A stretch of DNA of 64,000 nt from the NCBI GenBank assembly GCA_963843575.1, contig CAWJKZ010000019.1:1-64000 (forward strand), read 5' to 3'. Made by a program: the position numbers and the translations under genes. The stretch is from an uncultured Acidobacteriota bacterium (GTDB lineage: Bacteria; Acidobacteriota; UBA6911). Below are positions 1 to 9,394 of this stretch, in pieces (the stretch's first letter is position 1; every line of letters starts with the position of its first letter). Below the pieces are notes generated by a model, which was given only the letters and a program-made list of their open reading frames with translations, ran no database searches and was not told where the DNA came from.

Positions 1-129
1 ATCGTTGGCGCCCTGCACGTTCGCTCCTGACGCCCGCGCGGCACGGGCTCCGAGGAGAGGTAATGCTGCCGCGGCTGCGCCCAGCCCCGCGGATTGCTGC
101 AGAAACTCACGACGGTTACCCGTTTTCAT
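1..129 (-). CDS. 5' fragment of a Tat-exported protein, probably a Gfo/Idh/MocA oxidoreductase (runs off the window edge)
   Basis: ATG at 129 reads MKTGNRREFLQQSAGLGAAAAALPLLGARAARASGANVQGAND. It has a twin-Arg RREFL signal and the GAND motif also seen in the Gfo/Idh/MocA protein at 9395-10630. GGAG RBS upstream. Confidence 0.7.
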   Translation of the reverse strand, partial: MKTGNRREFLQQSAGLGAAAAALPLLGARAARASGANVQGAND

Positions 130-285
130 CTCCGACTCCTGTTGTGTGCCCGGGTCACTTTATCAACCAATGCTCCCCGGACATGCAATAGAAATCCGCC
201 GAGCGGTCCTGCGCTGGACAAACCAGAGCGCCAGCATCTATCCCGGGCAGCCGCGCCGATCAGCAGCATCCCGTTCAACTCACAA

Positions 286-1200
286 TCAGAATCGTGCCCC
301 TATGCGCGCCAGCTGCATTTCCAGGTCGTCGAAGCCGGGAAGCCACATCCAGCGTTTCCTGCGGTCACCCTCGCGCAGCACGCCCTCGCGTCCCCCGACC
401 CAGAGCTCGATCTCGTCCCGAAGCCTGCCGGCGAGGGCACGCAGTTCCTGCTCCACGCCCGGATTGTCCGCGATGACGCCGAGTACCACCACGGTCGCGG
501 AAACCCTCCGGGCGGAGCCCGCGATCTCTGCCGCGGGGAGATTGGGACCGAGGTACACCGTCCTCAGACCGCCGCCCGCCGCCAGCAATGCGGCGGAGAG
601 GATCCCGAATTCGTGCAGTTCGCCGGCGGGCGTGGCCAGCAGGACTGCGGCGCCATCTTCCACACGCGCGTAGAGACGCATCATGCCCCCGACCAGGTTG
701 CGCAGGCCGGCCGAGACCAGGTGCTCCTGCGCGATGCTGAACCGGCCCTCCGCCCACCCGCTGCCGATCCGCTGCAACAACGGGTGGACGACCTCGCGCA
801 CCAGCGCGCGGGGCGGGAAGACGAGCGCAAGCCTCCCCAACTCTCGATCCATCTCCGCGGAATCGAACCCCTCGACCGCGTCGAAAAGCGGGCGCAGAAC
901 CGCCGGGACCGCAACCTCGGCGGCCCCGGAACTCCCTCGCTCCGCCGACGGCTCGACACCCTGCGACAGCTCCTCCAGCCTTGCGTCGGGAAGGGACGCC
1001 ATCTGCCCGATCGAGTGTCCGCGGGAGACCAGCCCCTTCAGCAGCAACAGACGCCGCACGTCGCGGTCCCGATAGACTCGGCCCCGTTCCCCTCGTTCCG
1101 GCCTTACCGCGCCGTAGCGCCTTTCCCACGCTCGAAGCGTGTCGAGGCCGATCCCCGTCATCTTTGCCACCGCGCGTATCGGATACTTGGGCATCTCCAT
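286..1200 (-). CDS. carH: MerR-family cobalamin-binding transcriptional regulator (CarH/LitR type)
   Basis: N-terminal MerR HTH with RAWERRYG; W-x9-EH motif (WAEGRFSIAQEH); B12-binding ExH motif (GELHEFG) followed by a Rossmann-like YLGPNLP segment. Confidence 0.85.
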   Translation of the reverse strand: MEMPKYPIRAVAKMTGIGLDTLRAWERRYGAVRPERGERGRVYRDRDVRRLLLLKGLVSRGHSIGQMASLPDARLEELSQGVEPSAERGSSGAAEVAVPAVLRPLFDAVEGFDSAEMDRELGRLALVFPPRALVREVVHPLLQRIGSGWAEGRFSIAQEHLVSAGLRNLVGGMMRLYARVEDGAAVLLATPAGELHEFGILSAALLAAGGGLRTVYLGPNLPAAEIAGSARRVSATVVVLGVIADNPGVEQELRALAGRLRDEIELWVGGREGVLREGDRRKRWMWLPGFDDLEMQLARIGARF

Positions 1201-1223
1201 TTTTGCCTCTCCCGCTGGGAATG

Positions 1224-1252
1224 ATACTAGAGCGGCTTAGTTAAGTTGTCAA
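1224..1252 (-). promoter_or_regulatory. sigma70-type promoter for carH
   Basis: Minus strand: TTGACA (1252-1247), 17-bp spacer, TAGTAT (1229-1224). Confidence 0.6.
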
Positions 1253-1286
1253 TAGCATTGTCCATGACAAATGCTTGACAAATGAA
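1246..1286. promoter_or_regulatory. putative CarH/LitR operator
   Basis: TGACAAATG repeated at 1265 and 1276 (11-bp period), plus inverted TTGTC copies at 1246 and 1258. The block overlaps both -35 boxes. Confidence 0.6.
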
Positions 1287-1303
1287 CTCGACTGTCCTAT
1301 AAA
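1275..1303 (+). promoter_or_regulatory. sigma70-type promoter for the 1346-7504 operon
   Basis: TTGACA (1275-1280), 17-bp spacer, TATAAA (1298-1303). Confidence 0.75.
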
Positions 1304-1345
1304 GTCTATTCGAAGATCTCAAGGGGACTCGACGGAAGGGAATTC

Positions 1346-2596
1346 ATGAAAAAGGTCGCGGTGATCGGTTCGGGGATTTCGGGAATGAGCGCGGCGTATT
1401 ACCTGAGCCGCAAGCACGAGGTTTTTCTTTTCGAACGGGACTCGCGCCTCGGGGGCCACACCCACACGGTCGAGGTCGACAGCAGCATCGGCAAGCTGCC
1501 GGTCGACACGGGCTTCATCGTGCACAACGACCGCACCTACCCTAACCTGGTGGCGCTGTTCCGCGAGCTTGGCGTCGAGACGCAGCCGAGCGACATGTCC
1601 TTCGCCGTCTCGTGCCGCCGCACCGGTTTCGAGTACTCCAGTCACGGAATGCGGGGATTTTTTGCCCAACCCTCGAACGTCCTTCGCCCCGGCCACTACC
1701 GCCTGCTCGCCGAAATCCTGCGCTTCAACCGGGAGGCTCCCGCGCTGTTGGCCGATCCCCGGGGCTTCAACATGACGCTCGCTGATTTCCTGGACCGCGG
1801 CAAATACGACGGTGAACTGGTCGAGCGATACCTCCTCCCCATGGCCTCGGCCGTCTGGTCGGCGTCGGCGGATTCCGTGAAGGCCTTCCCGGCATACACG
1901 CTCGTGCAGTTTTTCGACAACCACGGCCTGCTCGGGGTCAACACCCATCCGCAGTGGAAAGTGCTGCGCGGCGGGAGTTCGACCTACATCGAACCGCTGA
2001 CGGCACCATATCGGGAGCGTGTTTACCTCGGCCGGACGATCCGGACGGTACGCCGGTCCGAGCGGTGTGCCACGCTTGCCTTTGAAGACGGGCAGGAGAT
2101 GCCCTTCGACGAGGTGGTGTTCGCCTGTCACGGCAACCAGGTGCTCCCTTTGCTGGAGGCGCCGACGGACCGCGAGCGCGACATTCTCGGCAACTTTCAG
2201 ACGTCGCGTAACGACGTCTGCCTGCACACGGACTCGTCGCTGCTCCCGAAGCGTGCGGCGTCCAGAGCGTCGTGGAACTACATTCTCAACCTGGAGGGGT
2301 CGAGCGCGGCAACCCTCACGTACCACATGAACCGACTGCAGTCGCTGAACACCCCGGAGGACTACTGCGTGACCTTGAACGCGAGTGCCTTGATCGAGTC
2401 CGAGCGGGTCGTGCGACGTCTGGTGTACCATCACCCGCTGTACACGCGCGAGGCGATCCGGGCGCAGGCGCGCTGGCCGGAGATATCGGGGGCGAACCGG
2501 ACCCACTTCTGCGGCGCGTACTGGTTCTACGGCTTTCACGAGGACGGGCTCAATTCCGCGCTGCGGGTGGCCCGGTCGCTGGGGGTGAACTGCTGA
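1346..2596 (+). CDS. FAD-dependent oxidoreductase (COG2907 amine oxidase family; UfaD-like fatty acid desaturase)
   Basis: VAVIGSGISG FAD motif, RLGGHTHT, VDTGFIVHNDRTYPNL, C-terminal GAYWFYGFHEDG; adjacent to DUF1365 and a cfa-like gene. Confidence 0.85.
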   Translation: MKKVAVIGSGISGMSAAYYLSRKHEVFLFERDSRLGGHTHTVEVDSSIGKLPVDTGFIVHNDRTYPNLVALFRELGVETQPSDMSFAVSCRRTGFEYSSHGMRGFFAQPSNVLRPGHYRLLAEILRFNREAPALLADPRGFNMTLADFLDRGKYDGELVERYLLPMASAVWSASADSVKAFPAYTLVQFFDNHGLLGVNTHPQWKVLRGGSSTYIEPLTAPYRERVYLGRTIRTVRRSERCATLAFEDGQEMPFDEVVFACHGNQVLPLLEAPTDRERDILGNFQTSRNDVCLHTDSSLLPKRAASRASWNYILNLEGSSAATLTYHMNRLQSLNTPEDYCVTLNASALIESERVVRRLVYHHPLYTREAIRAQARWPEISGANRTHFCGAYWFYGFHEDGLNSALRVARSLGVNC

Positions 2597-3384
2597 TGGA
2601 ATCGGCTGTCTATTCGGGTACCCTGCGGCACCGCCGGTTCGAACCGCGGTCCCACGAGTTCTCCTATCCGGTCTTCATGGCGTTCCTGGAGGTCGACAAA
2701 ATACCGGAACTCATGGCGGTCTCCCCGTTCGCCGGGTACAACCGTTGGAACTGGGCCAGTTTTTACGAGAGGGACCACTTCGGCGACCCGCGGCGGACGC
2801 TGCGCGAGCGGCTCACTGCGGACGCAGAGGCGCAGGGAACCCGTTTGCCGGAAGGCCGGATTTTCCTGCTCACGAACCTTCGTTACCTCGGATACAACTT
2901 TAATCCGGTGTCGTTTTTCTACTGCCTGGACGAAAGCGGCAAGGTCGGGGCCATCCTCGCGGAGGTGAACAGCACGTTTGGCGAGCGTCACAACTACTGG
3001 CTGGCGGACGCTGCCCGGCCGGACTCACGCCAATCGAATCACTACCGCTGCGGCAAAGCGATGCACGTGTCCCCGTTCATGCAGATGGATATGACCTACA
3101 CCTTCGCATTCTCGACGCCGGGACCGAAGCTGGGCGTGCACATGACCACCCTGGAAGCCGGGAAGCCCCTCTTGGACGCGACGCTCACACTCAGGCGTGA
3201 GCCTTGGAGCGGCAGGGCGTTGCACCGTGCGCTCCTGCGGCACCCGTGCATGACCGCGAAGGTCATCGCCGCGATTCACTGGGAGGCGCTCCGGCTCTAT
3301 CTCAAGGGAGTGCCGGTGTACGCCCACCCGGCGCGCCGCCCACGGACAGGAACTCAGACCGCATGCCTCGAGTTGAAGCGATGA
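2596..3384 (+). CDS. DUF1365 family protein (UfaO-like)
   Basis: ATG overlaps the upstream TGA (TGATG). Motifs HRRFEP, GYNFNPVSFFYC, AEVNSTFGERH, KAMHVSPF, IHWEALRL. Confidence 0.85.
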   Translation: MESAVYSGTLRHRRFEPRSHEFSYPVFMAFLEVDKIPELMAVSPFAGYNRWNWASFYERDHFGDPRRTLRERLTADAEAQGTRLPEGRIFLLTNLRYLGYNFNPVSFFYCLDESGKVGAILAEVNSTFGERHNYWLADAARPDSRQSNHYRCGKAMHVSPFMQMDMTYTFAFSTPGPKLGVHMTTLEAGKPLLDATLTLRREPWSGRALHRALLRHPCMTAKVIAAIHWEALRLYLKGVPVYAHPARRPRTGTQTACLELKR

Positions 3385-4639
3385 AGGCCCCATTAGGAAA
3401 GAAACTCGTACTGAAAAGTCTGGAGCAGCTCAGGGACGGTTACCTCGAACTGGTCTGCCCTGGTGAAACCAGATATTTCGGCCGGAGGGACGATCCTCTG
3501 CACGCTACTGTCGCCGTGCACAACGAACGCTTCTTCCGGCGCGCCCTTTTCGATGGCGACGTCGGAATGGGGGAGTCGTTCGTGGATGGGGACTGGTCCT
3601 CTCCCGACCTGGTCTCCGTCATCCGTCTGGCGGTCCGGAACATGTCGGTGCTGGTACAAGGAACTGCACTTTCGTCGCTGGTCAGCGGCCTGCTGAACCG
3701 TGTGCAGCATCGCCTGCGCCGCAACACGATTTCCGGCAGCCGGTGCAACATCCACCGGCACTACGACCTGGGCAACGACTTCTTCCGCCTGTTCCTTGAC
3801 CGGAACATGCTCTACAGCTGCGCCTGGTACGAGAGGCCTGACGATTCGCTGGACACCGCCCAGGTCCAGAAAATGGAACGCATCTGCCGCAAGCTGCAGC
3901 TGGGGCCCGGTGACCACGTCCTCGAGATCGGCTCGGGCTGGGGCGCATTCGCCGTGCACGCCGCGCGGAATCATGGTTGCCGCGTCACCACCACCACGAT
4001 CAGCCGCGAGCAGCACGATCTGGCCCACGCGCGGTTCGCCGGAGCGGGGCTGCCCCCGGGTCAGATTGAGCTGCTGTTCGAGGACTACCGCGACCTGCGT
4101 GGTGCCTACGACAAGATCGTCAGCATCGAGATGTTCGAAGCCGTGGGACTCGAGCACTACCGGGACTACTTCGTGGCCTGCGACAGGCTGCTGAAGCCGG
4201 ACGGCTCGATGCTGCTGCAGACGATCACGATGAACGAGCAGTCGTTCCCTGCGTACAGCCGGGGCGGAGACTGGATCCAGAAGTACATCTTCCCGGGGGG
4301 GAACTCGCCTCCGTCCTCGAGATCGTCCGTGTGCTCGCGAGGACGACCGGTCTGTTGTTGTTTAACCTCGAGGATCTTGGAAGGCACTACGCTCGGACAC
4401 TCGAGGCCTGGCGCTCGCGGTTCCACGCCGCGTTGCCGCAGGTGCGCGCGCTGGGCTTCGACGAGCGGTTCATCCGGATGTGGGATTTCTACCTGGCCTT
4501 CTGCCAGGGGGCGTTCGAAGAGCGACACATCAGTGATGTGCAGCTGGTGTTGGCCAAGACGTACAGGCGGGGCGCACTCCTGAACGAGCCGTGGGGACAG
4601 GACCCTACAATGGCACCGGAGGGTGCGACCCCGTCCTGA
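3381..4639 (+). CDS. cfa: cyclopropane-fatty-acyl-phospholipid synthase family SAM methyltransferase (UfaM/Cfa-like), one frameshift
   Basis: HYDLGNDFF, VLEIGSGWG, SIEMFEAVG, YIFPGG. The reading frame continues one frame over after the G7 run at 4295-4301 (ELASVLE...HYARTLEAW...WDFYLAFCQGAF). ATGA overlap with the upstream gene. Confidence 0.85.
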
Positions 4640-4661
4640 GGGGGCGGGCTGGAGGGCCGGC

Positions 4662-6068
4662 GTGAAACGGGCGATATGGTGGGTGCGACGCGACCTTAGA
4701 CTGCGCGACAATCGCGCGTTGCAGCAGTGCCTGGAGCATGGCGGCGCGGTGATCCCAGTTTTCATACTGGATCCGGCGATCCTGGCCGGCGCATCGCACG
4801 GGGAAGCCGCGCGTCGGACCGGATTCCTCTTCTGGGGCCTGCGCGCCCTGGACGCCTCGCTCCGGACTAGGGGCGGGCGGCTGATCGTGCGCGAGGGAGC
4901 CCCCGCAGTCGTCCTGCGCGGCCTGCTCTCGGAGGCGGGCGCCGACTTGGCCTGCGCCGAGGAAGACTTCTCCCCGTATGCCCGGAGGCGCGACGCTGCG
5001 GTTGGGGGCGAGCTGCCGCTGCAACTGGTGCCGGGCGTCTCGGTGCACCACCCGCGCGACGTGGTGAAAAGGGACGGGTCGCCCTACACCGTGTTTACTG
5101 CTTACAGCCGCGCCTGGCAGGCGCTGCCGTTGCCGGCGGCGGTGACAACGCGAGGCCGCGGGGTGCTGGGCACGCCCGCGGCCCTGGACTCTCTGCCGCT
5201 GCCCGAAGTCCCTGCTTCGCCCGAATTCCCGCCCGGCGAACACGAAGCGCGCCGCCGGTTTTCACGATTTCTGAGGCGGCGTCTGGGGGATTACCGGCAT
5301 GGCCGGGATCGGCTGGCCCAGGACGGTACGTCTTGCCTGTCGCCCTATTTCCGGTTCGGCATGCTCCCCGTCCGGGAAGCAGCGGGCGTGGCGCGCACGA
5401 TTGTCGAGGCGGAGACGGGATCCGGGCGCACGGCGGACGGTGCCGCAGCCTGGCTCGGCGAGTTGATCTGGCGGGACTTCTACCTGTCGGTGCTGTTCCA
5501 TTACCCCACCGTGCTGCACGAGGAGTTCAACCCGGCGTTTCGCGCGGTACGGTGGCGCCGTGATGCGGCCGGGTTGGAGGCGTGGCAGCACGGGAAGACC
5601 GGCTACCCGGTAGTGGACGGCGGGATGCGCCAACTCCAGGCGACCGGGTGGATGCACAACCGGGCGCGCATGATCACAGCCTCTTTCCTCGTGAAGGATC
5701 TCCTGATCGATTGGCGGGAAGGGGAGCGCTGGTTTCTGCGCCAGCTGGTCGACGGGGATCCGGCGGCCAACAACGGCGGCTGGCAGTGGACTGCGGGCGT
5801 AGGCACCGACGCCGCGCCCTATTTTCGGGTTTTCAACCCGGTCACCCAGGGTGAACGGTTTGACCCGTCCGGCGATTATGTGCGGCGGTGGGTACCGGAG
5901 CTGGCCGGATTGCCGGCCAGGTGGATTCATCGTCCCTGGGAAGCCCCGCCCATCGAGTTGCGGGCCGCCGGGGTCGTGCTCGGACGGACCTATCCGCGGC
6001 CGATTGTGGACCACGGCGAGGCGCGGCTGCGGGCGCTCGACGTTTTTGCAGAGGCGAGGCGACGGTGA
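4662..6068 (+). CDS. phrB: deoxyribodipyrimidine photolyase (class I CPD photolyase)
   Basis: WWVRRDLRLRDN, TSCLSPYFRFG, ELIWRDF, GWMHNRARMI, NNGGWQW, FRVFNP; GTG start. Confidence 0.93.
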   Translation: MKRAIWWVRRDLRLRDNRALQQCLEHGGAVIPVFILDPAILAGASHGEAARRTGFLFWGLRALDASLRTRGGRLIVREGAPAVVLRGLLSEAGADLACAEEDFSPYARRRDAAVGGELPLQLVPGVSVHHPRDVVKRDGSPYTVFTAYSRAWQALPLPAAVTTRGRGVLGTPAALDSLPLPEVPASPEFPPGEHEARRRFSRFLRRRLGDYRHGRDRLAQDGTSCLSPYFRFGMLPVREAAGVARTIVEAETGSGRTADGAAAWLGELIWRDFYLSVLFHYPTVLHEEFNPAFRAVRWRRDAAGLEAWQHGKTGYPVVDGGMRQLQATGWMHNRARMITASFLVKDLLIDWREGERWFLRQLVDGDPAANNGGWQWTAGVGTDAAPYFRVFNPVTQGERFDPSGDYVRRWVPELAGLPARWIHRPWEAPPIELRAAGVVLGRTYPRPIVDHGEARLRALDVFAEARRR

Positions 6069-7504
6069 GCGGACTCATCCTCCTAACCGGGGCAAGCGGG
6101 TATATCGGCGGCCGTCTTCTGCGGAGGTTGGAGGACGACGGTCGACCTCTGCGCTGTCTCGCACGGCGCCCCGAGTATCTTGTCCCGAAAGTTGGCGCAG
6201 GGACTCAGGTAGTGCGCGGGGATGTCCTGGACGCTTCGACGCTGCATGCCGCACTGGAGGGTGTCGACACGGTCGTCTACCTGGTGCATTCCATGGCCGG
6301 CGCTGACTTCGAGGCCGCCGACCGCAAGGCTGCGCATAACGTCGCCGAGGCGGCGCACGACGCCGGGGTGCGCCGGATCATCTACGTCGGGGGGCTCGGC
6401 GATAGCCGTGTGCCCCTCTCCGCGCATCTGCGCAGCCGCCAGGAAGTGGGCGAAGTCCTCGGAAGCACCGGGGTCCAGGTCATCGAGTTCCGCGCCTCCG
6501 TCGTCATCGGTTCGGGGAGCCTCTCGTTCGAGATGATCCGGGCCCTGGTCGAACGACTGCCTGTAATGGTGACACCGCGCTGGGTGGCCTTGACGGCGCA
6601 GCCGATCTTCATCAACGACCTGCTCGACTACCTTGAAGCCGCACTCGACCTCGAAGCAGAAGGGAGCCGGATCTTTGAGATCGGCGGCCCCGATCAGATT
6701 TCCTACGGCGGACTCATGCGCGAGTACGCCCGTCAGCGGGGGTTAAGACGGTGGATGATTCCGGTGCCGGTGCTCACCCCCCGGTTGTCGAGCCTGTGGC
6801 TAGGGCTGGTGACACCCCTGTATGCCCGGGTCGGCCGGACTTTGATCGACAGCCTCCGGCACCCGACCGTGTTGCGCGACAGCTCGGCCTCCGCCGTCTT
6901 CGACATCCGGCCGAGGGGGGTCCGCGAAGCGATCGCCAGCGCCCTCGTTAACGAGGAGAGCGAGTTCGCCCAGACGCGCTGGTCGGATGCGGCGTCCTCG
7001 CTCGGCCCGCCGCGCCAGTGGGGCGGCGTGAGATTCGGCAACCGCCTGATCGATTCTCGCAGCACCCAGGTGAGAGTGCCTCCCGCCGCCGCATTCGCCC
7101 TCATTCTCCGCATCGGCGGGCAGACGGGCTGGTACTACGGCGACTGGCTCTGGACCTTGCGCGGCTGGCTCGACCTGCTGGCCGGCGGCCCCGGGATGCG
7201 CCGGGGCCGCCGTAACCCGCACGGATTGCAGCCCGGGGATGTCGTGGACTGCTGGCGGGTCGAAGCCGTGGAACCCGGGCGGCGGTTGCGTCTCGCCGCG
7301 GAGATGCGGATGCCGGGCCGGGCCTGGCTCGAGTTCGAAGTCCAGAAAGATGGCGGCGGCTCCATTATCCGGCAGACCGCGGTATACGATCCCGTCGGCC
7401 TGGCGGGCCTGGCGTACTGGTACGCCCTGTACCCCCTCCACGAATTCGTTTTCGCCGGCATGCTGCGCAACATCGCAGCGGCGGCTACCCCTGACCCCAT
7501 CTGA
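6065..7504 (+). CDS. SDR/NAD-dependent epimerase with C-terminal DUF2867 (YbjT-like)
   Basis: ILLTGASGYIGG, YLVHSM, GSGSLSFE, AEMRMPGRAWLEF; GTGA overlap with the photolyase stop. Confidence 0.85.
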   Translation: MSGLILLTGASGYIGGRLLRRLEDDGRPLRCLARRPEYLVPKVGAGTQVVRGDVLDASTLHAALEGVDTVVYLVHSMAGADFEAADRKAAHNVAEAAHDAGVRRIIYVGGLGDSRVPLSAHLRSRQEVGEVLGSTGVQVIEFRASVVIGSGSLSFEMIRALVERLPVMVTPRWVALTAQPIFINDLLDYLEAALDLEAEGSRIFEIGGPDQISYGGLMREYARQRGLRRWMIPVPVLTPRLSSLWLGLVTPLYARVGRTLIDSLRHPTVLRDSSASAVFDIRPRGVREAIASALVNEESEFAQTRWSDAASSLGPPRQWGGVRFGNRLIDSRSTQVRVPPAAAFALILRIGGQTGWYYGDWLWTLRGWLDLLAGGPGMRRGRRNPHGLQPGDVVDCWRVEAVEPGRRLRLAAEMRMPGRAWLEFEVQKDGGGSIIRQTAVYDPVGLAGLAYWYALYPLHEFVFAGMLRNIAAAATPDPI

Positions 7505-7670
7505 CCTCTGGCGAAACCGGACGGGATCCGATACCATCGGCGGGAGGCCTCGAGGTGAGTTCTGCTGCTCGCCTCGAAGACTCAAGGTCCCCGGCGCATC
7601 CTGCAATCCACGGTGAGACGGGCTCCTGGAATCTGGACAAGCTGCAAGACAGCATCGCGAGGGAGGGGCT

Positions 7671-9092
7671 ATGACCGTTTTCGTCCGTCTGGCTATGCTG
7701 GCCTGCGCGCTGCAGCTCGCCTCCGCGGCAGCCCAGGCGGCGTCCCCGCAACTGCGAGTCAGCCCCAACGGCCGGTTCCTCGTTTATTCCGACGGCCGAC
7801 CCTTCTTTTACCTGGGGGACACCGCCTGGGAATTGTTCCACCGTCTGAACCGCGAGGAAGCCGACCGCTACCTGCAGGACCGGGCGCGCAAGGGCTTCAC
7901 TGTGATCCAGGCCGTCGCACTGGCCGAGCTTGACGGGTTGAACTCGCCCAATCCCTACGGCCACCGTCCGCTGGTCGACAACGACCCCACACGGCCCGAC
8001 GTCAAAGACGGACCGGCCAACGACTACTGGGACCACGTTGACTACATCGTCGACCGCGCTGCCAGCCTGGGCCTGTTCATCGGTTTCCTCCCGACCTGGG
8101 GAGACAAGTGGAACAAGAAATGGGGCGTCGGCCCAGAGGTCTTCACTCCCGAAAACGCCGAGATCTACGGCGCGTGGGTCGGTCGGCGCTACCGCGACAA
8201 GCCGGTCATCTGGATTCTCGGCGGCGACAGGCCTGTCGAGAACGACACCCAGCGGGAGATCGTGCGGCGGATGGCTCTGGGGCTGCACAAGGGCGACGGC
8301 GGCACGCACCTCCACACATTCCACCCGACGGGTGCACAGGGATCGTCCGCATACTTTCACGACGCCGAGTGGCTGGACTTCAACATGCGCCAGAACGGTC
8401 ACGTCGCCGAGTTCACCGGGCGCTACGCGCAAACCCGCGCCGATTATGACCGCACTCCCGTGAAGCCGGTGCTCGACGGGGAGCCCTTGTACGAGGACCA
8501 CCCGGTCTCGTTCGATGCGGCGAAGCTCGGCCATTCCGTCGCCGCCGACGTGCGGCGGGCGCTTTACTGGGATCTCTTCGGTGGGGCTTTCGGCCACACC
8601 TACGGCCACCATTCGGTGTGGCAGATGTGGCAGCCGGGGCGGCAACCCGTCAACAATCCGCTGATGCCCTGGTCGGAAGCGATCGACCAGCCCGGCGCAG
8701 GCCAGATGCAGTACGGCCGCCGGCTAATGGAGTCGCGCCCCTTCCTGAGCCGCATCCCGGACGACACCGTCGTGGTCCCCGCCGATGTGCAGACCGCGGT
8801 GCCCGGGACCGGCCGTTACCGGTTCGCGGCCACGCGCGACTCCGAGGGGAGCTATGCGATGGTTTATGCGCCGGTGGGGCGGAAGTTCAAGGTCAGGATG
8901 AATGCCGTCGCCGGCCCCGCGGTCAAAGCCTGGTGGTACAACCCGCGCACCGGCAAGTCGACCGCGATCGGGACGTTCGCGAACAGCGGCGAGCGCGAGT
9001 TCGCACCCCCGGACCCCGGCGAGCTCCTCGACTGGGTGCTTGTTCTCGACGACGCCTCCAGGCGCTTCCCTCCACCCGGCCTGCCGCGCTGA
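7671..9092 (+). CDS. secreted glycoside hydrolase, DUF4038/GH140 (apiosidase-like) with C-terminal collagen-binding-like domain
   Basis: Signal peptide; [55 protein letters not shown]. Confidence 0.8.
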   Translation: MTVFVRLAMLACALQLASAAAQAASPQLRVSPNGRFLVYSDGRPFFYLGDTAWELFHRLNREEADRYLQDRARKGFTVIQAVALAELDGLNSPNPYGHRPLVDNDPTRPDVKDGPANDYWDHVDYIVDRAASLGLFIGFLPTWGDKWNKKWGVGPEVFTPENAEIYGAWVGRRYRDKPVIWILGGDRPVENDTQREIVRRMALGLHKGDGGTHLHTFHPTGAQGSSAYFHDAEWLDFNMRQNGHVAEFTGRYAQTRADYDRTPVKPVLDGEPLYEDHPVSFDAAKLGHSVAADVRRALYWDLFGGAFGHTYGHHSVWQMWQPGRQPVNNPLMPWSEAIDQPGAGQMQYGRRLMESRPFLSRIPDDTVVVPADVQTAVPGTGRYRFAATRDSEGSYAMVYAPVGRKFKVRMNAVAGPAVKAWWYNPRTGKSTAIGTFANSGEREFAPPDPGELLDWVLVLDDASRRFPPPGLPR

Positions 9093-9183
9093 CCCATGTC
9101 CAAAGGTCAGGCCACCTGCGCCTGCAATCTGGGATGCGGCGCCTCGGCGCCGAACCAAATGGCGGGCGGCGGACAGCCCTTCA

Positions 9184-9370
9184 GAGACTGTCCAACGGTT
9201 GATCTGCCCGATCCAAACAAGATACACGTGGGTCCGGGCTTCAGCCCGGACGCTGTCTGCGGTCGCTATAACGTGCGCTCGTCGGCACCTTTAGATCAGA
9301 TCAAAAGACGTGAAGCCCGGACCCACGTGTCTCACGGGCAGGGCGGGCGGTTCAACCGTTGGACAGCCTC
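9184..9370. mobile_element. MITE-like element with nested REP-like inverted pair
   Basis: 19-bp terminal inverted repeats (GAGACTGTCCAACGGTTGA / TCAACCGTTGGACAGCCTC, 18/19 match), flanked by direct TTCA (9180-9183, 9371-9374); inner 23-bp inverted pair at 9221-9243 and 9311-9333. Confidence 0.7.
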
Positions 9371-9394
9371 TTCAACCCAGACGCACTTGTGTCG

